DNA of 64,000 bases from Eledone cirrhosa (GCA_964016885.1 OZ024740.1:281046001-281110000), one strand, 5' to 3'. Shown: positions 11,551-26,387, numbered from the stretch's first letter. The notes: generated by a model from the letters alone, not told the origin. Numbers and translations: made by a program.

Positions 11551-13389
11551 AATAATGTATTAGAGCAGTAATGTCGATTCTTCTTCTATATGTCTTTCTC
11601 ACTTCCTCTCTATAATTATTTTTCCTTCTCTGGAAGAAATCGGCTGTCTTCAAACCTGGAGAGGGGATGTGCCTCACCAAGAGATACAGGTCTAGGAGGA
11701 GTTACCGGTCCATACATAAATTCATACATATATACATACGTACATACACACATACATGTAACGTAGAAGCTTTGTATTCAAAACATTCGCCAAGTGTGAT
11801 GCTGTAAAGTGGGTTCACGGAATCATTAGACTCACGTTGAGGTTTATTTGTCTTTATCTGAGCACATGCCTTCTGAAAAAACATTCCGTGCAATTGTGCT
11901 TTTAAAATGACTTCATTCCAAGAGATATCAAATATATCAGTAAACAAGTGGTGAGTCAGCTTTTAAAGCGTAACAACAAATTTGACATATAATTGATCCT
12001 CAAGTGACATGTGTTAGAGCTATTTTATAGCTGATATTCAAAATGAAGCAAAATGTCACAACAATGGAAGTTATAAAAATGCTTCATGAAAACAATTTTT
12101 ATGTCAGAAGTTTTCTCTGTATTTTATAATGTATTTTGACCTTGGTCTTTCAGTACGTCGATTTAATACTCTTGGGTTCAATGAAATTACAATCGTTGAT
12201 GGATGACAATCTAGATGTTCTTTTAAAATGTGGTGACAACAGTATGAATATTTATAAATTAAATTCATCATTTATTTACTTTGGGATACTACAAATTACT
12301 GGGGTCATTATGAAAATGTTTGTATACCGTATAGAATATTAAGTTTATCGATTGATGGCTCGAAATATTTTTTAAAACATTTTTCTCACTACTAAGATAT
12401 TGTTCACTAATAAGTTGTTGATATAAATGCCTCAATTGAGACGGAGAGATTACATACATCCCACAAATAAAAACTACACCGAGAATCCTATACACATTAA
12501 GAATGATATCACTGTTTTTTATCTATATTCACGGAAGCCCACAATATCAACACGGGAGAACACATGACGCTTTGCATATGTTCACAATCATGGATGCTCT
12601 AATATTTTCAATATTTTATTACTTGCAAAAAAATCCAAGCAGAGCCTTTTGTAGGTGTGGGCTACGTTTAAACCGACAGAAATTATCTAATCCAAAGAGG
12701 TTTTCATCTTGAGATCTCAAAATTAATGAACTCTATAACTAAATCACATATATTTCGTCTAGGACATTGCAACATGTTTTACAGTTGAATAGGGAAAAAA
12801 GTAACCTTCACCTGGCAAATATTTTAATCTGGCTTTTAAACGAAAGTCATACTAATGAGGTTGATTAGCAGAGAATTTAAGCAACAAAAGGGGCAACGAA
12901 TGTTTTGCTTATAACCCAGCTCATGAAATGCAATTCACTGCTTGTAAGATAACTTTGGATTTATGCAGAACAGTAAATAACAAGAACAATAAGACAATTA
13001 AGTGGGGATAAGATACCGACGCATGAAAATATTCTCTCATGATTGCTCTGTTTTTCACTCTACCTCTGTCAATCTATCTCACTATTTCTCGCTCTTTCCT
13101 TCCTCTTTCCACTCTCTCGCTCCCCCTCCTCTCTCCAATGTTTCTCTGAAAAACGTCAATATCAAAAGAATTGTCAACAAACAATTGTAGAACTACACAC
13201 ACATTATACCAAGTTGCCTCAATGCCAAAATTAGTATAATTCTGTTTGGGTTGTTAATAGCAAAAAGGCATTGACAGCGATACACCATCACCATTTTCAC
13301 TTACTCAATGTGTAAAATCCAAATTAAACAAATAGATCCAGTGGAAAATCCCGTCTCTTCTTAATACATCAGTGAAATAAGATTTAACC

Positions 13390-15600
13390 TAGACGAAATA
13401 ATCATCTCTTACACATGAGGGACACCACATAATTTCTCCATTGAGTTGAAAATCTCTCAACTCCTATCTATATTCAATCTTTGCTGTCTAAGATGTACTC
13501 TTTAATCCAACCTCTCTTCAATTGGTGATGTCTGCGCTCATGTTCATATCACATTCCCTATAATGCCCAACTCTCACCTGGATATCAGTAACACAATCTG
13601 TCAGTTACTCTGACTTAAATCCACCTGTATTACTCCTACAAGTGCACCCCCCCCCCCTACCGCTCTCCCAAATCTTCAAACCACTAACAATGATTCGGTC
13701 ATATCTCCCCCTGCAATCAGTACATATATTCATTTTTACCTTTCTTCCAGATCACTGTCCTTAGTGATCTCAATGCTTAACAACCAACGCCGATGCTGCC
13801 GGCTCTGAAACCGAAAATTTGACAATCTTGAATTCTTTACACCAAGTTATATCATCCCTCACATACATCCCTGACCGACTCATAAGTATATCATGCACAC
13901 TTGATTTCTGTCTCCATTAACGTAAATTCTACCATACATTAATTGTTTCTGCTCCTGCCAGGCCTACTAACTACATCCTTATTCCGACTATCCCAGACAC
14001 ATATCATCTCCCGCCCCATTTGACACTATGGAACGATTGGTCGGAGCTTCGGCAGTTTTATGTTTTGCCTGGCATCACATATGCTTCATTCCTGAAACAA
14101 CAAAAATAGCTAAGCGTTTGACTGAAACAATTGTTGTGTTTAACGCTCCACTTTCTACATATAAAAAAAACTCAACGTACCGACACCTAAGTGATTCACC
14201 CTTAATTAATCTCAGCCCCAAACTAGGCAGAATGTATCCAGCATTGTAACTCTTGCAAATTCATTATCTGAACCACGAATGATACATCCATGTATTGCAC
14301 TGTTCTGAAGCCCTCCACCGCTTAAACTGCTTCAGTTATCCTGATTCCATTCGAAAACGAACCTCAGCAAGACTGCTGACTCTTTTCTTTCTACCACTTC
14401 TCAGCCATGACGATTCTGTGAGCTATACATTCGTGTAGAAAGCTTCCATTTTCACATCAAACTCAACTCAGTACATACCTGGTAAATCTCCTTCCCGACT
14501 ATTTTCCTTCTACACAGCCCTGTATATACAGGCCGAGTCCGAAAGGAAGTCTTGTATTTTTAAATAAAAGCCACCATCATTCTCAATATCCCATACATTA
14601 CCTCCAATCAATGTACTCACAGAACTAGTCATACTCATTTTTCAATCTCTCCTTCTTTACAGGGAAATACATTGGTGTTTTTAAGTACGTTAAGTTATCT
14701 CCCTTCTTTACAATGATAATCACGCTCACGGTCATCTTTCTTCCTTTTGCACTCAAAATGACCACCAGTTCGGTTTCTGTAAATACCAGATTTATTGGGG
14801 ACGTGCTCTCTTATGTCATCCATCAGTCGGCCCGAGAGATATATTGTGGGACACATGTCATTCACCCTCAGATTGAGGGGAGCTTTGCGGAAACAATGCC
14901 GTCGTCCCTCTTCTGGCCGCAGTCGTCCGTCATCGGTTGGATGTATAGCTACCTATCATATCACTCAATCGTGACGTTGTTGATGGAAACCGTTATCTCT
15001 CACGTTCTCTCTCTCCAACTCCTTCTCCTGGGCACATCATCAAATCTGTTGTTCCTCAAGATTTATCGTTGACATCCTACTAGCTAAACACATCCAACAA
15101 CTCCTACTGTTACGCAGATCATACCACCCTTCATTTTTCCCTAACCTTCCCCGACTAAAAGCGCCATTCACATTGTAAGATCCACAATGGAGAACTGTTC
15201 ACACATCTAGGATGATATTTCTATGGTCCACACTGACATCCTTGATCGCAGACTGTGAAACGTCACATAGGAAATCGGAATAAAGTCCCTCAAAGACACA
15301 TTCTAGTCACTCTCCTCGCGATTCTTTCTACCACTACTATAATGCTTTCTGTATCGTGGAGCTCACTAGTCTCATGTCTCATCTACTCTGGTCCTTTCGA
15401 CTCATAAATCATCTCATTACCCATGTTGTGTCTAACTCCGCAGACCATGAAATTAGTTACTATCCCCTATCTTACCTGCCCTATGGAACGCCTCCTCTGT
15501 CCATATCTGCCTAAATGATGTGAATTTGAACAATTTAAGTATCGATCACTCTGGTATCAGAGGGCTTGTGATGGTCATGAGCATTGCCTTTACTAAAAAC
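13390..15600 (+). mobile_element. Highly degenerate CR1/Jockey-like LINE (APE + RT remnants)
   Basis: C-rich strand bias. Remnants ccctgaccga...cttgat (endonuclease C-terminus), ..VLSLQLLL (QGSVLSP-like region) and YADHTTLH (YADD box) at ~15110. Confidence 0.55.
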
Positions 15601-16218
15601 GTCTTATCAATATTTCCACCAGAGTAGCATGGGATAAGTCTGCTAGTTTTAAATGTGTGACAATCTTTAATAACGAGAAAGGAAACTATTTTTTATGTAT
15701 CGGGTTATATAAGTATTTTGTCTAATTTTAAGGTATTCAAAATGATTTTTGTTGATAAATGTAACATGACTAACTATTAACAGGAGTTACTAGGTAAAGG
15801 TATCAAATGTCAATAAATATATTGAATAAAAATGAAGAATACATTATCATCATGATTTTTCAATTTCCTATTTCACAAATGGATATTATATTCGAAATAT
15901 AAAACTATCATAAACAAAACGTTCAACAACATAATCTCATAAAAGGAATGTCGTTAAGTATGTAATAACTATAAAAGGTTGAAAGTATCCATTTTACTTT
16001 ATTACAGATACATCTAATATAATGTTTAAATCAGCTCATGCCGTGTTTATTTTTATATTCGTGTAATTCATATACGAGTATACACTTTTACAGATATTGA
16101 ATGCATATACTATTAGTTGAAGAGAAGATTTGTTAAATATATATTTCCAAATAAATGAAGTCGTAATCGGAATTGTATTATTTTTCCGCTGTTCATATGT
16201 CACTCTAACTTCCGTTAG

Positions 16219-16329
16219 ATGTATGTATGTATGTATGTATGTATGTATGTATGTATGTATGTATGTATGTATGTATGTATGTATGTATGTATGTATGCAT
16301 GTATGTATGTATGTATGTATGTATGTATG
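16219..16329. repeat. (TATG)n microsatellite
   Basis: Direct reading of the sequence. Confidence 0.95.
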
Positions 16330-18625
16330 TATGTATGTATGTATGTATGTTCTTCTGGTTTTATAATTTCACAAAGTTTTAGCAATAGAGAGATAGTCGG
16401 TTTCTAACATAGAAACAAGACTCTCTCATTGGAATTTACACATCAACTAGGTAGATATGTATGTATGCATGCATGTGTAGATATGGATGTTATTGTATGT
16501 GTCGATGTGTATGTTTTGAGTTGTATATCTGCATGTGTATATTCTTTGTATCTGTACATGTGTATATGCAGTTATTAGATGCAAAATTTTTGGAATGTTT
16601 TACATATTTCTACTGTTCCATTTTTACTGTGCATGTTTTCTTCTCCCTGTCCCATATCATAATATCTGGTCTTCATTTTATTGGGGTTTTTACTGGAACA
16701 TTCCACCAGTAGTCTTTCATATTATGTACATAGATGTCTTCCCCATTGTTGGAGCTTTTAATGTGCTTATTATCGGGGCTATCTTTTTTACGAACTGCAT
16801 TGTACAGTGTTTTGGCCACTACATCATACCTCATAGGTAGATAGTAGCGCGATGACATCTTTGGACAGCTGCTGATGACATGGGTGATATCCTCGATGTT
16901 AGTTCTGCAGAGTCTGCACTTGTTATCACATCTAGGTTTTTTGCTTGCATCCCTATCTCTTTTGTGAATCAGGTATTTCGTGCTAATCTCCTGTTCCTGG
17001 ATTGCAAAAGCGTATCCTTCAAAGTGGGAGCCAATATAGCGGTTGTTGGTCCAAGATAGACTACTTTCCTTATCTATATTACTCTCACTCTGGAGCTTCC
17101 TGGCAACATATCCATGCATGATTTTTTGCTGATAGACATGCAGTTTTCATCCATGGATTCACTGCGATACTGCTGAGTGACATCCCTGGGTGTGAGTTTT
17201 TGATTATCACACAGGAATATCTCTCAAGGAGTTTCTTCCCAACTCTCATGATCTTATCTGTTTCATGCAGATAGACTTGCTCGAGAAACGGGCTCCTACG
17301 CTTCGAGGTTCGTAGATGTTGTCGGAGAGATATGATGCGACATTCAAATGTTGTCTGGACTGATGTTAGGCCTCTGCCTGCCTGCTTACATTTCAAGTAA
17401 AGGCGGTCTATGTCAGTGTGATGTGGAAGTTTCCGGTGTTGTTCAGTATTTTTCGAGTTCCAACATCAACTGCTCGGATTTCGTTTATCGTCCAATTGAG
17501 TATTCCAAACGTTGGTGTTAGGACAGGTACAGCAAACACATTGTGAGCCACTGTTTTGTTTTGCGCAGAGAGTTCCGATGACTAGATCTTTCTTAATCGG
17601 GTGTAGTATTCCCTGGTTACGCGTTCTTTATTACAGATACCATTATAGGATATGTTCTCATCTATCCCCAGGTATCTGTAGCAGTCCTCATCAGATATCG
17701 GTGAAACAGTTAGGCCATTGATGACAATGTTGCTAGATTGGGTTGTTGTTTTTCCCCGCTTTACAGTCATGTATGAGCATTTATCTTGGCCAAACTCCAT
17801 TCCTATATCCTTTGAGAACGTTGTAACCAGGTCAAGATTCCTCTTCATCCCATCCATGTTCTTAGCATAGAGTTTCTGATCGTCCACAAAGAAATATGGG
17901 TTAGGTTTGTATTTCTGTCCTCCTGTGAGCCAATGATGTATCCCTCACATTTCTTGAGCAGAAAGGACAAGGGGTTTAATGACAAGATGAACAATATCAC
18001 AGAGAGACTGTCACCCTGAAATATACCCCTGCAATATTTTATATAATCAGTGAAAATAGATTCCTCCTCTCTGTCTTTAACCTTAGGATAGTAGCCCAAG
18101 AAGAGGACAGCCTCTCTATGGCTCTGACAACAATGTCTAGGACTTTAGCAAGTTGGAGGGCCTCTATCATCCAAGAGTGGGGAAGAGAATCGAAAGCTTT
18201 CCTGTAGTCCAACCAGACTGTAGTCATATTCCTCCTAAGTTTTCGCACCCCCGACATCGCAGTTTTGTTGATTAGGAGTTGTTCAGCACATCCGCAAACC
18301 CCTTTCTTTCCAGTTGCTTGTTCATCTGTGATGATGTTATTATTTTCACAGTGATCTTGGAGGAATAGGTTCAGGCAGGCTGTATACATCTTATACATCA
18401 GGTTCTGGCATGCAATGGGTCGGTAGTTTTTTGCCAAGTGGGTGTCTTTGTTCTTGGGGACCAGTAACGTTTGTGCTAATGTCAACCATTCTGGTATAAG
18501 TGTATCTCCCTTAAGAACTTGTTGGTAGAGGTCAATAAGATACCTCCGATAGAATATTAGTTTTTTGTACCATTAGCCGACAATCATTTTCTGATCTTGG
18601 AGTTTTCCTATCATAGTCTCAAGGG
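16330..18625 (-). mobile_element. R4/Dong-like RLE LINE, 5'-truncated and frameshifted
   Basis: NYRPIAC, WLDYRKAFDSLPH, GIFQGDSLS, MDDQKLYA, YRYLG, GRGL, CRLC..EDITHVISSC, RYD. Flanked by (TATG)n at both ends. Confidence 0.9.
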
Positions 18626-18674
18626 TACACTATGTATCTATGTATGTATGTATGTATGTATGTATGTATGTATA

Positions 18675-19065
18675 TAAAACTTGTCGCAGAGAATACCTTA
18701 CACTGAAAAGGAAGGTAAGGAAAAGAGACTGTTTTGAACAGCAGCACTGTGGTCGAGTCTGCCTGGTGCAAAGCGGGTTTGACTAGACACGAACAAAATC
18801 ATATCAGTAGACCTCATGTAGATTATGATCTAAAAAGATGTAAGCAATGTGGCAAGGAATGTGCTAGCAAGGGAGGTCTTAAAAGTCACATGAGAACACA
18901 CAGCCATAACAAAGCAATAAAAGGTCCCGGAGGAGCCTACAGTTGCCATGTATGTGCCAGAGGGTGCAAGTCTATGGCTAGTTTAAAGAGCCACATTCAT
19001 GCCTCGCATTTTTGAGCATTTTATCGGGCGATGGCAGTGTTCGAACATGAGTTTGCAGCCATCAT
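18675..19065 (+). mobile_element. RTE LINE 3' end with tandem C2H2 zinc fingers
   Basis: CKQCGKECASKGGLKSHMRTH and CHVCARGCKSMASLKSHIHASH. Short 3' UTR ending gcagccatc followed by a (ATGT)n tail, as in the 20545 element. Confidence 0.7.
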
Positions 19066-19178
19066 GTATGTATGTATGTTTGTATGTATGTATGTATGTA
19101 TCTATGTATGTATGTATGTATGTATGTATGTATGTATGTATGTATGTATGTATGTATGTATTTATGTATTTATGTTAT

Positions 19179-19788
19179 GTCAGGTCACCAGTTGGTGCTA
19201 CTGGTAACATGTATCCCAGTACAACCTGTCTCATGGTCGGGTCGTTGGCGACTAAACTGGCAACCCCACCAAGGTTTCTTGGTGAGGAGGGTGACTTTGG
19301 ACATCCTGCAGGACTAAAAACAAAACCTGTCAAAGGGCAAAGGAGCTCTTAAAAGTCAATGGCCATCCAAAATCACCGGGAGAGATGACCCCTTAGCCTT
19401 TGTCAAGGCAGAATTCTAGGAGAAGGAAAACTCTGATATAACACCTGCAACCCTGATGGTATCCAATGATGTTGACTTGTTCTTCTTTTTGGTAAATATC
19501 ATCTTGGTTAAGAGAGTGGGACTGGCTTTGTGCAGTGCCTTTGCTCACTATAAAAGCTTCACGGCACAGGCATTGCTTTGTATCTGGAGATCTCTCTGCA
19601 CTTGTCCTCACATGGTACCATGGGCCCAGCACTATGTGTCAATAATTGTCACAGGTGTAGTGTTTGTACCAGAGTTTTCAAGTCGCTGGCTGGACTAAAA
19701 ATTCACACTCGTTCAGCGCTTCGGTAGGGGTTCTCCTACATGGATATAAAGTAGTGGCCGTACTCGAAAACGAGTTGGCAGCCACCAT
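19179..19788 (+). mobile_element. ~610 bp non-autonomous RTE-derived element (copy 1)
   Basis: Near-identical to 19839-20417, 37290-37895 and 57617-58222. RTE-UTR-like motif ctaggagaaggaaaactctga, a C2H2 remnant ([17 protein letters not shown] in the family) and an (ATGT)n tail. Confidence 0.85.
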
Positions 19789-19808
19789 GTATTTATGTAT
19801 GTATGATG

Positions 19809-20417
19809 GTCGCCAACGACCCGACCATGAGACAGGTTGTATCCCAGTACAACCTGTCTCATGGTTGGGTCGTTGGCGACTAAACTGGCAAACCCACCAA
19901 GGTTTCTTGGTGAGGAGGGTGACTTTGGACATCCTGCAGGACTAAAAACAAAATGTGTCAAAGGGCAAAGGAGCTCTTAAGAGTCAATGGCCATCCAAAA
20001 TCACCGGGAGAGATGACCCCTTAGCCTTTGTCAAGGCAGAATTGTAGGAGAAGGAGGACTCTGATATAATACCTGCAACCCTGATGGTATCCAATGATGT
20101 TGACTTGTTCTTCTTTTTGGTAAATATCATCTTGGTTAAGAGAGTGGGACTGGCTTTGTGCAGTGCCTTTGCTCACTATAAAAGCTTCACGGCACAGGCA
20201 TTGCTTTATATCTGGAGATCTCTCTGCACTTGTCGTCACATGGTACCATGGGCCTAGCACTATGTGTCAATAATTGTCACAAGTGTAGTGTTTGTACCAG
20301 AGTTTTCAAGTCGCTGGCTGGACTAAAAAGTCACACTCGTTCAGCGCATCGGTAGGGGTTCCCCTACATGGATATAAAGTAGTGGCCGTACTCGAAAACG
20401 AGTTGGCAGCCACCACC
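19809..20417 (+). mobile_element. Non-autonomous RTE-derived element (copy 2) with a 5' inverted duplication
   Basis: Same sequence as copy 1. 19809-19841 is the reverse complement of 19848-19880. Confidence 0.85.
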
Positions 20418-20559
20418 ATGTATGTATGTATGTATGTATGTATGTATGTATGTATGTATGTATGTATGTATGTATGTATGTATGCATGTATGTATATAGG
20501 TATGTAGGTATGCATGTAAATATGTATGTATTATGTAAGTATGTATGTGGGTATGTATG

Positions 20560-22010
<1,451 letters not shown>

Positions 22011-22167
22011 ACAATTTTGAGTATATGTTGGTTGTATACCAACACCTAAGTATGCAGATTGGAGCACTCGACGATGTGCGCAGGTTGGTTTGGTTGCTCC
22101 AGAGTAATGTCAAATAAAATAAAATAAAATAAATAAGTCAAATGTGTAAAATTTGGCTTCGTTTATT

Positions 22168-22222
22168 ACTGCTATATATATTTCGGTGACAGCCATCTTT
22201 GGCTGTGACCTCTTCAGGCAGT
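22168..22222 (-). ncRNA. Type I minimal hammerhead ribozyme (inverted copy)
   Basis: Exact reverse complement of 22380-22434. Confidence 0.8.
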
Positions 22223-22379
22223 CCGAATTAGTGTGGTAGAGACGAGTACACTGGTCAAAATCATATGATTCCAGTTCCTCAGTAAAATAACAACCCAACC
22301 AGGAACTGGGCATATCAGAGTATTGACAAAGTTATACACCTCAACAACATGTGAACTCGTCTCTACCACACTAATTCGG

Positions 22380-22434
22380 ACTGCCTGAAGAGGTCACAGC
22401 CAAAGATGGCTGTCACCGAAATATATATAGCAGT
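22380..22434 (+). ncRNA. Type I minimal hammerhead ribozyme
   Basis: Stem I ACTGC/GCAGT, CTGAAGA, stem II GGT-c-ACAGCCA/TGGCTGT-c-ACC, GAAA, palindromic (AT) stem III, UA cleavage site. Confidence 0.8.
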
Positions 22435-22480
22435 AATAAACGAAGCCAAATTTTAAACATTTGACTTATTTATTTTATTT

Positions 22481-22579
<99 letters not shown>

Positions 22580-22599
22580 TTAGTTGAGCAAAACAAGAC

Positions 22600-24360
22600 C
22601 ACTAAATTCACAAGAAAGACGTTAGTTAAAGAGTGTCAACATCGTTGTAGTTTAATGTAAGGAATAAAAATGTCCGTTTACAATTGTTTCGCTACGCCAT
22701 ATAATGCTTCTGGATCAATTGATTATAGATCATTATTGATCTGGTTTAGATGAAGATAAATAACTTAGGTAACATTATGGAGCAGCTCTTCAGAACTTCA
22801 AATGAGATAATGAAAATATTGATAAAGATAAGATGGAATAAGGAATATAAAATAAAGTAAAGTAAGATGGTTACGTGAATGTAATGTTACATATATTGGT
22901 ATTTCACGAAAGGGGTCCTGGATATGCCTAGTGTCAACTATAAGCAAGCATTACTATTCTGTCGAGGCTGTATTGAGCAAGATCTGCCTATGCGTAACAA
23001 AATGGCCACTTTAGGAAATTTATCTTACTAATTAGAGACGGGTTTCAAGGGAGGCAACTCCTTGAGAAGTTAAAATCATATGTAATTTATAGCTAAAAAG
23101 TGCTAATGAGCTTAAATGAGAGACAATGTAACTTATAATTATCCAAGTATGGGTTAAATATTTAACATGATAGCTATATGTAATGGCGAGATTTGATGAC
23201 AATGTTGGGTCGAATATTCTGTTGGCGAAGGATTTTGCCCTTCGATGGTGACAGTTAATAGTTACCTCATTTCTATCGTTAATAGGTTGTGGTCGTGACA
23301 GAGTTATGTAATAGGCCTCGGTAAGACAGAGATCACAACAGATTCTTCGTCCATTGAACGCTGGGGATCTAGCCAAGATATCCCATGTTAGTGAGTGTTC
23401 GATGTTGGTTAATTTAAGGTGTTTAATGAGCCTAGCTAGAGATGTTGAGCATCTATTGCTAAGGTCTCGGAAGGAAAATGAGTGCGCGTTATAGCGTATC
23501 TTAAAAGGGTTAGAGGTAGAGCCAATATAGGAGCTAGTATGTGATGCCGTTTTAACTGTGCACCTATATACTATATTGGGTGTAAGGCATTGTCCGTTAA
23601 GAAGGCATGCATTAGGGTAACGGCAGTTGCAGTTACTGCTGCGGTTAGTGAGGGTAGGGTTGTTTAAACTATGCGGCTAGTGTGTGCTAATAGGATTAGA
23701 GGGAGGAGGCTTGCTACTAGAGTAAGTATTGGTGTAGTGGTGTGGGAGTTATATATTTTTAGTTTATGATGGTTACTGAATGCGATGTGGTTAGCTAGGT
23801 TCGGTGTTGTGGAGAATGAGATTTTTATTAAAGAGCTTGTAATATCTATGGTTGGGGGGGGGGGGGTAGATTGGATAGAGAAGTAGCGTTTAGGGATATT
23901 AGTGGCTAAATTAGATGAGAATGAGGGGGTTAAGCCAGGTGATTTTTCTAGGCCTATTACTTCTAGGGGTTCTAGTGGAGTTGGCGAGGGCCTTCATAAG
24001 GTTATTATTACCGGGGCATTTGTTATTTGTCATCCCATTGTTCACTCCTCTTCTAGGGTTGATTCTGAATCTGCTACTTGGAGTTGGAAGTAGGCCTCTG
24101 CCACCATTAAGGTTCCCTGTATAGGTGCTGTTACTGCTAAAATTCCGGAGAATCTGGCTACATGCTAAAGTATTTCTAGTTCTAGTGTTAAGTTTATTAT
24201 GGTTGTGGTGAAGTGCTGTGTTATGGCATTTAGGTATGTAGTAAATAGACTGTTCATAACCAGATTCAGAAAGGGCCTTATTATAATATGCCGCGTGGTT
24301 CATAAATATCTCCTCATTTGCGGATAGCATGGAGATCCTATAAGAGATAGATTTAATTGC
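22600..24360 (-). mobile_element. Penelope-like element, 3' half (RT thumb, GIY-YIG, pLTR)
   Basis: SISYRISMLSANEEIF..YYNKALSESGY, ITWLNP, CNCRYPNACLLNGQCL, YIGSTSNPFKIRYNAH, CDLCLTEAYYI. Confidence 0.85.
22676..22796 (-). ncRNA. Hammerhead motif in the 3' pseudo-LTR of a Penelope element
   Basis: Minus strand: gtt-CTGAAGA-GCTGC...GTAGC-GAAAC-AATT-GTA-aac. Confidence 0.7.
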
Positions 24361-26160
24361 CTCTGTAATTTGTCTAAACATTGCGTCTTTTCTGTGTGTA
24401 GATTCTATTTTTATTTCTATGTTCTCTAATTTACCCTTGTGTTCTATTTTAGCATGTTGGTAGAGTACAGATTATTATTTACTATCTTGAAGGTCTCGCT
24501 AGTGTTCATTTATCTGTTCCCCTACACTACGAGCTGTCTCACCTATGTACACTATATTTTTGTCTCTACATTGTCCTTCGGTACATCTTATGCTATACAC
24601 TACATTTCTAGTTTTACAGTTAATATGGGTGCTTATTTTACAGGTTATACATTTATCTATACATGAGGGTCTTTGAAAAGGGTATGTCTTGCTAATAAGT
24701 GTTTTTACGGAGGTACCTGGTCTTTCTACTATCTTAATATTGAGTTTATGTTTATTTAGGGCCCTTCTAAGTTTGTAAGCTAATTCACCTCTAGGGGTTG
24801 TATCGATGAACATTACACTCTGGTATTTATTGCTATCATACCATGAGTTTATTCTATTAGCCTTGTTCCTAGTTCTTTCTATTCTATTCCAAAATTTGCT
24901 CCTATACAAGGGGCAGGTCCCATTTATGTCATTATTTACCATTTTTTCCCATTTGGTTCTGGCTCCTCTATACACTCTGATTTTATCTCTCTGATTGTAG
25001 CCAGAGAACTGCATACGGTGGATGAAGTGTTGTATGTGTCTCTCTAGTTCTTCGGGGTTGCACATGCGCGACACGTTTCTCATCACCCGTACCAAATCCG
25101 CAATCAGTATGTTGATTTTGGTATGGTTCGAAACGGCCGAGTTTCGGTGGATCAGATGTTTGGAAGTCATGGGTTTGGCATAATGGGAATAGAGGATTTG
25201 TTTTTTATTATTAATGTATCTAACCAGAGCTCTGTGTCTAGTACAGGTAATCGATGGTTGGGGTGTTTACTTGGGTAGTCTATAGTAACTCTAATGCTCT
25301 GGTGGATGGAGTTTGCTATTTGCTGGATGCTTTCCATTGTGCTTTTCTCTAGTTCCTGGCTGTTCTCTAGTGGGGGTGTCTTAACTACGATGTTTATAGC
25401 ATCAACGTAGCGGGAGTACATTATCAGGGTTAAGGGGTCTTCTAATTGTTCTTTAAGTTTAAGTTTAAGTCTACTGTCCCACCATACCATGAATAAGTTA
25501 GCTATGTCGCCTGCAATGCTAACACCAATTGCTGCTCCTTCCTCTTGGGCATATGTTTTTCCATTAAATTTGAACATATGTTCCTTAAGGGTTAGTTTTA
25601 TGCTGGCTCCTACCGCATGTGCAATCATTTTCTTCAGTTCATCGTGGTTTTCGGGTGTCCGTATGGCTCTGGTCCACCCGTTCCATCTATCTGTGTGGGT
25701 TTTCTTGGCCATTGAGGTAATGGTAGGAGGTCTGCCTCTTGCTGGTCTTGTAGGGCACAGGTTGCTAAGGTCATATGTGTCTAGGTAATTATTACTATAG
25801 GTAAGTTTAAGTAGGAGTCCCAGCTCACTGGTATCAATCCCACGGAACTCAACATTGCTCTCACTGATCATTTCTACGCATTTCTCCACAGCAAAATCAA
25901 CGTCAATAGATGGATACAGGGACACAACATCCATACTACCTATTATGCAGTTTGTTAGGTCCCTAGATCGGTTACTCACGCCGATTCTGCTGAGGAGGTC
26001 CTCCGTGCTGTCACATACATCTGGGGACATTTCAATGATGGGGCGTATGATCAGGGAGAGGAAGTAGGACAGTCTGTAGTTACTAGCAATGTTAGCTCCA
26101 CAGACTGGCCGTGTTGGTGGTCCCGCGACAGGGTCACTACCCGTTTTATGGTCTTTTCGA
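24360..26160 (-). mobile_element. Penelope-like element (possibly Naiad-type) RT + GIY-YIG, frameshifted
   Basis: PPTRPVCG, GSMDVVSLYPSID, QEEGAAIG..AGDIANLFM, RYVDAI (YVDD mutated), LPVLDT, RMQFSGY, VVYSIRC, YIGETARS. Confidence 0.88.
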
Positions 26161-26344
26161 ACACACACATAGAACAAACAACCAACCAGTAACATGTAAA
26201 TAAACAAATAAATAAATGAACATAAACACACACAGACACCCGGATGTGGCGCATGCGCAAACTGAGCACACGACACACACACAGAAACAAAATGGCGTAG
26301 GACAGAACAAAGGAGAGGCACAGAAACAAAGAAAGGAATCCTCA

Positions 26345-26387
26345 GTCACTGAAGAGGTCACAGAGTGTGTGACGAAAGAACTATGAC
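26345..26387 (+). ncRNA. Minimal hammerhead ribozyme in an inverted pLTR next to the Penelope RT
   Basis: GTCA-CTGAAGA-g-GTCACA-gagtg-TGTGAC-GAAA-G-aa-C-TA-TGAC. Confidence 0.75.

Noticed and set aside
18734-19015. Possible host C2H2 zinc-finger gene
   Set aside because: No splice context. It ends in the same terminus and (ATGT)n tail as RTE elements, so it is a LINE 3' end.
19183-19260. HDV-like ribozyme at the 5' end of the 610 bp element
   Set aside because: A G-U-closed helix (GGTCACC/GGCGACT) is possible, but P1.1 and J4/2 elements are not evident.
26161-26321. Hydrophobic N-terminus of the 384 aa ORF
   Set aside because: Antisense reading of the inverted pLTR fused by chance to the truncated RT frame.
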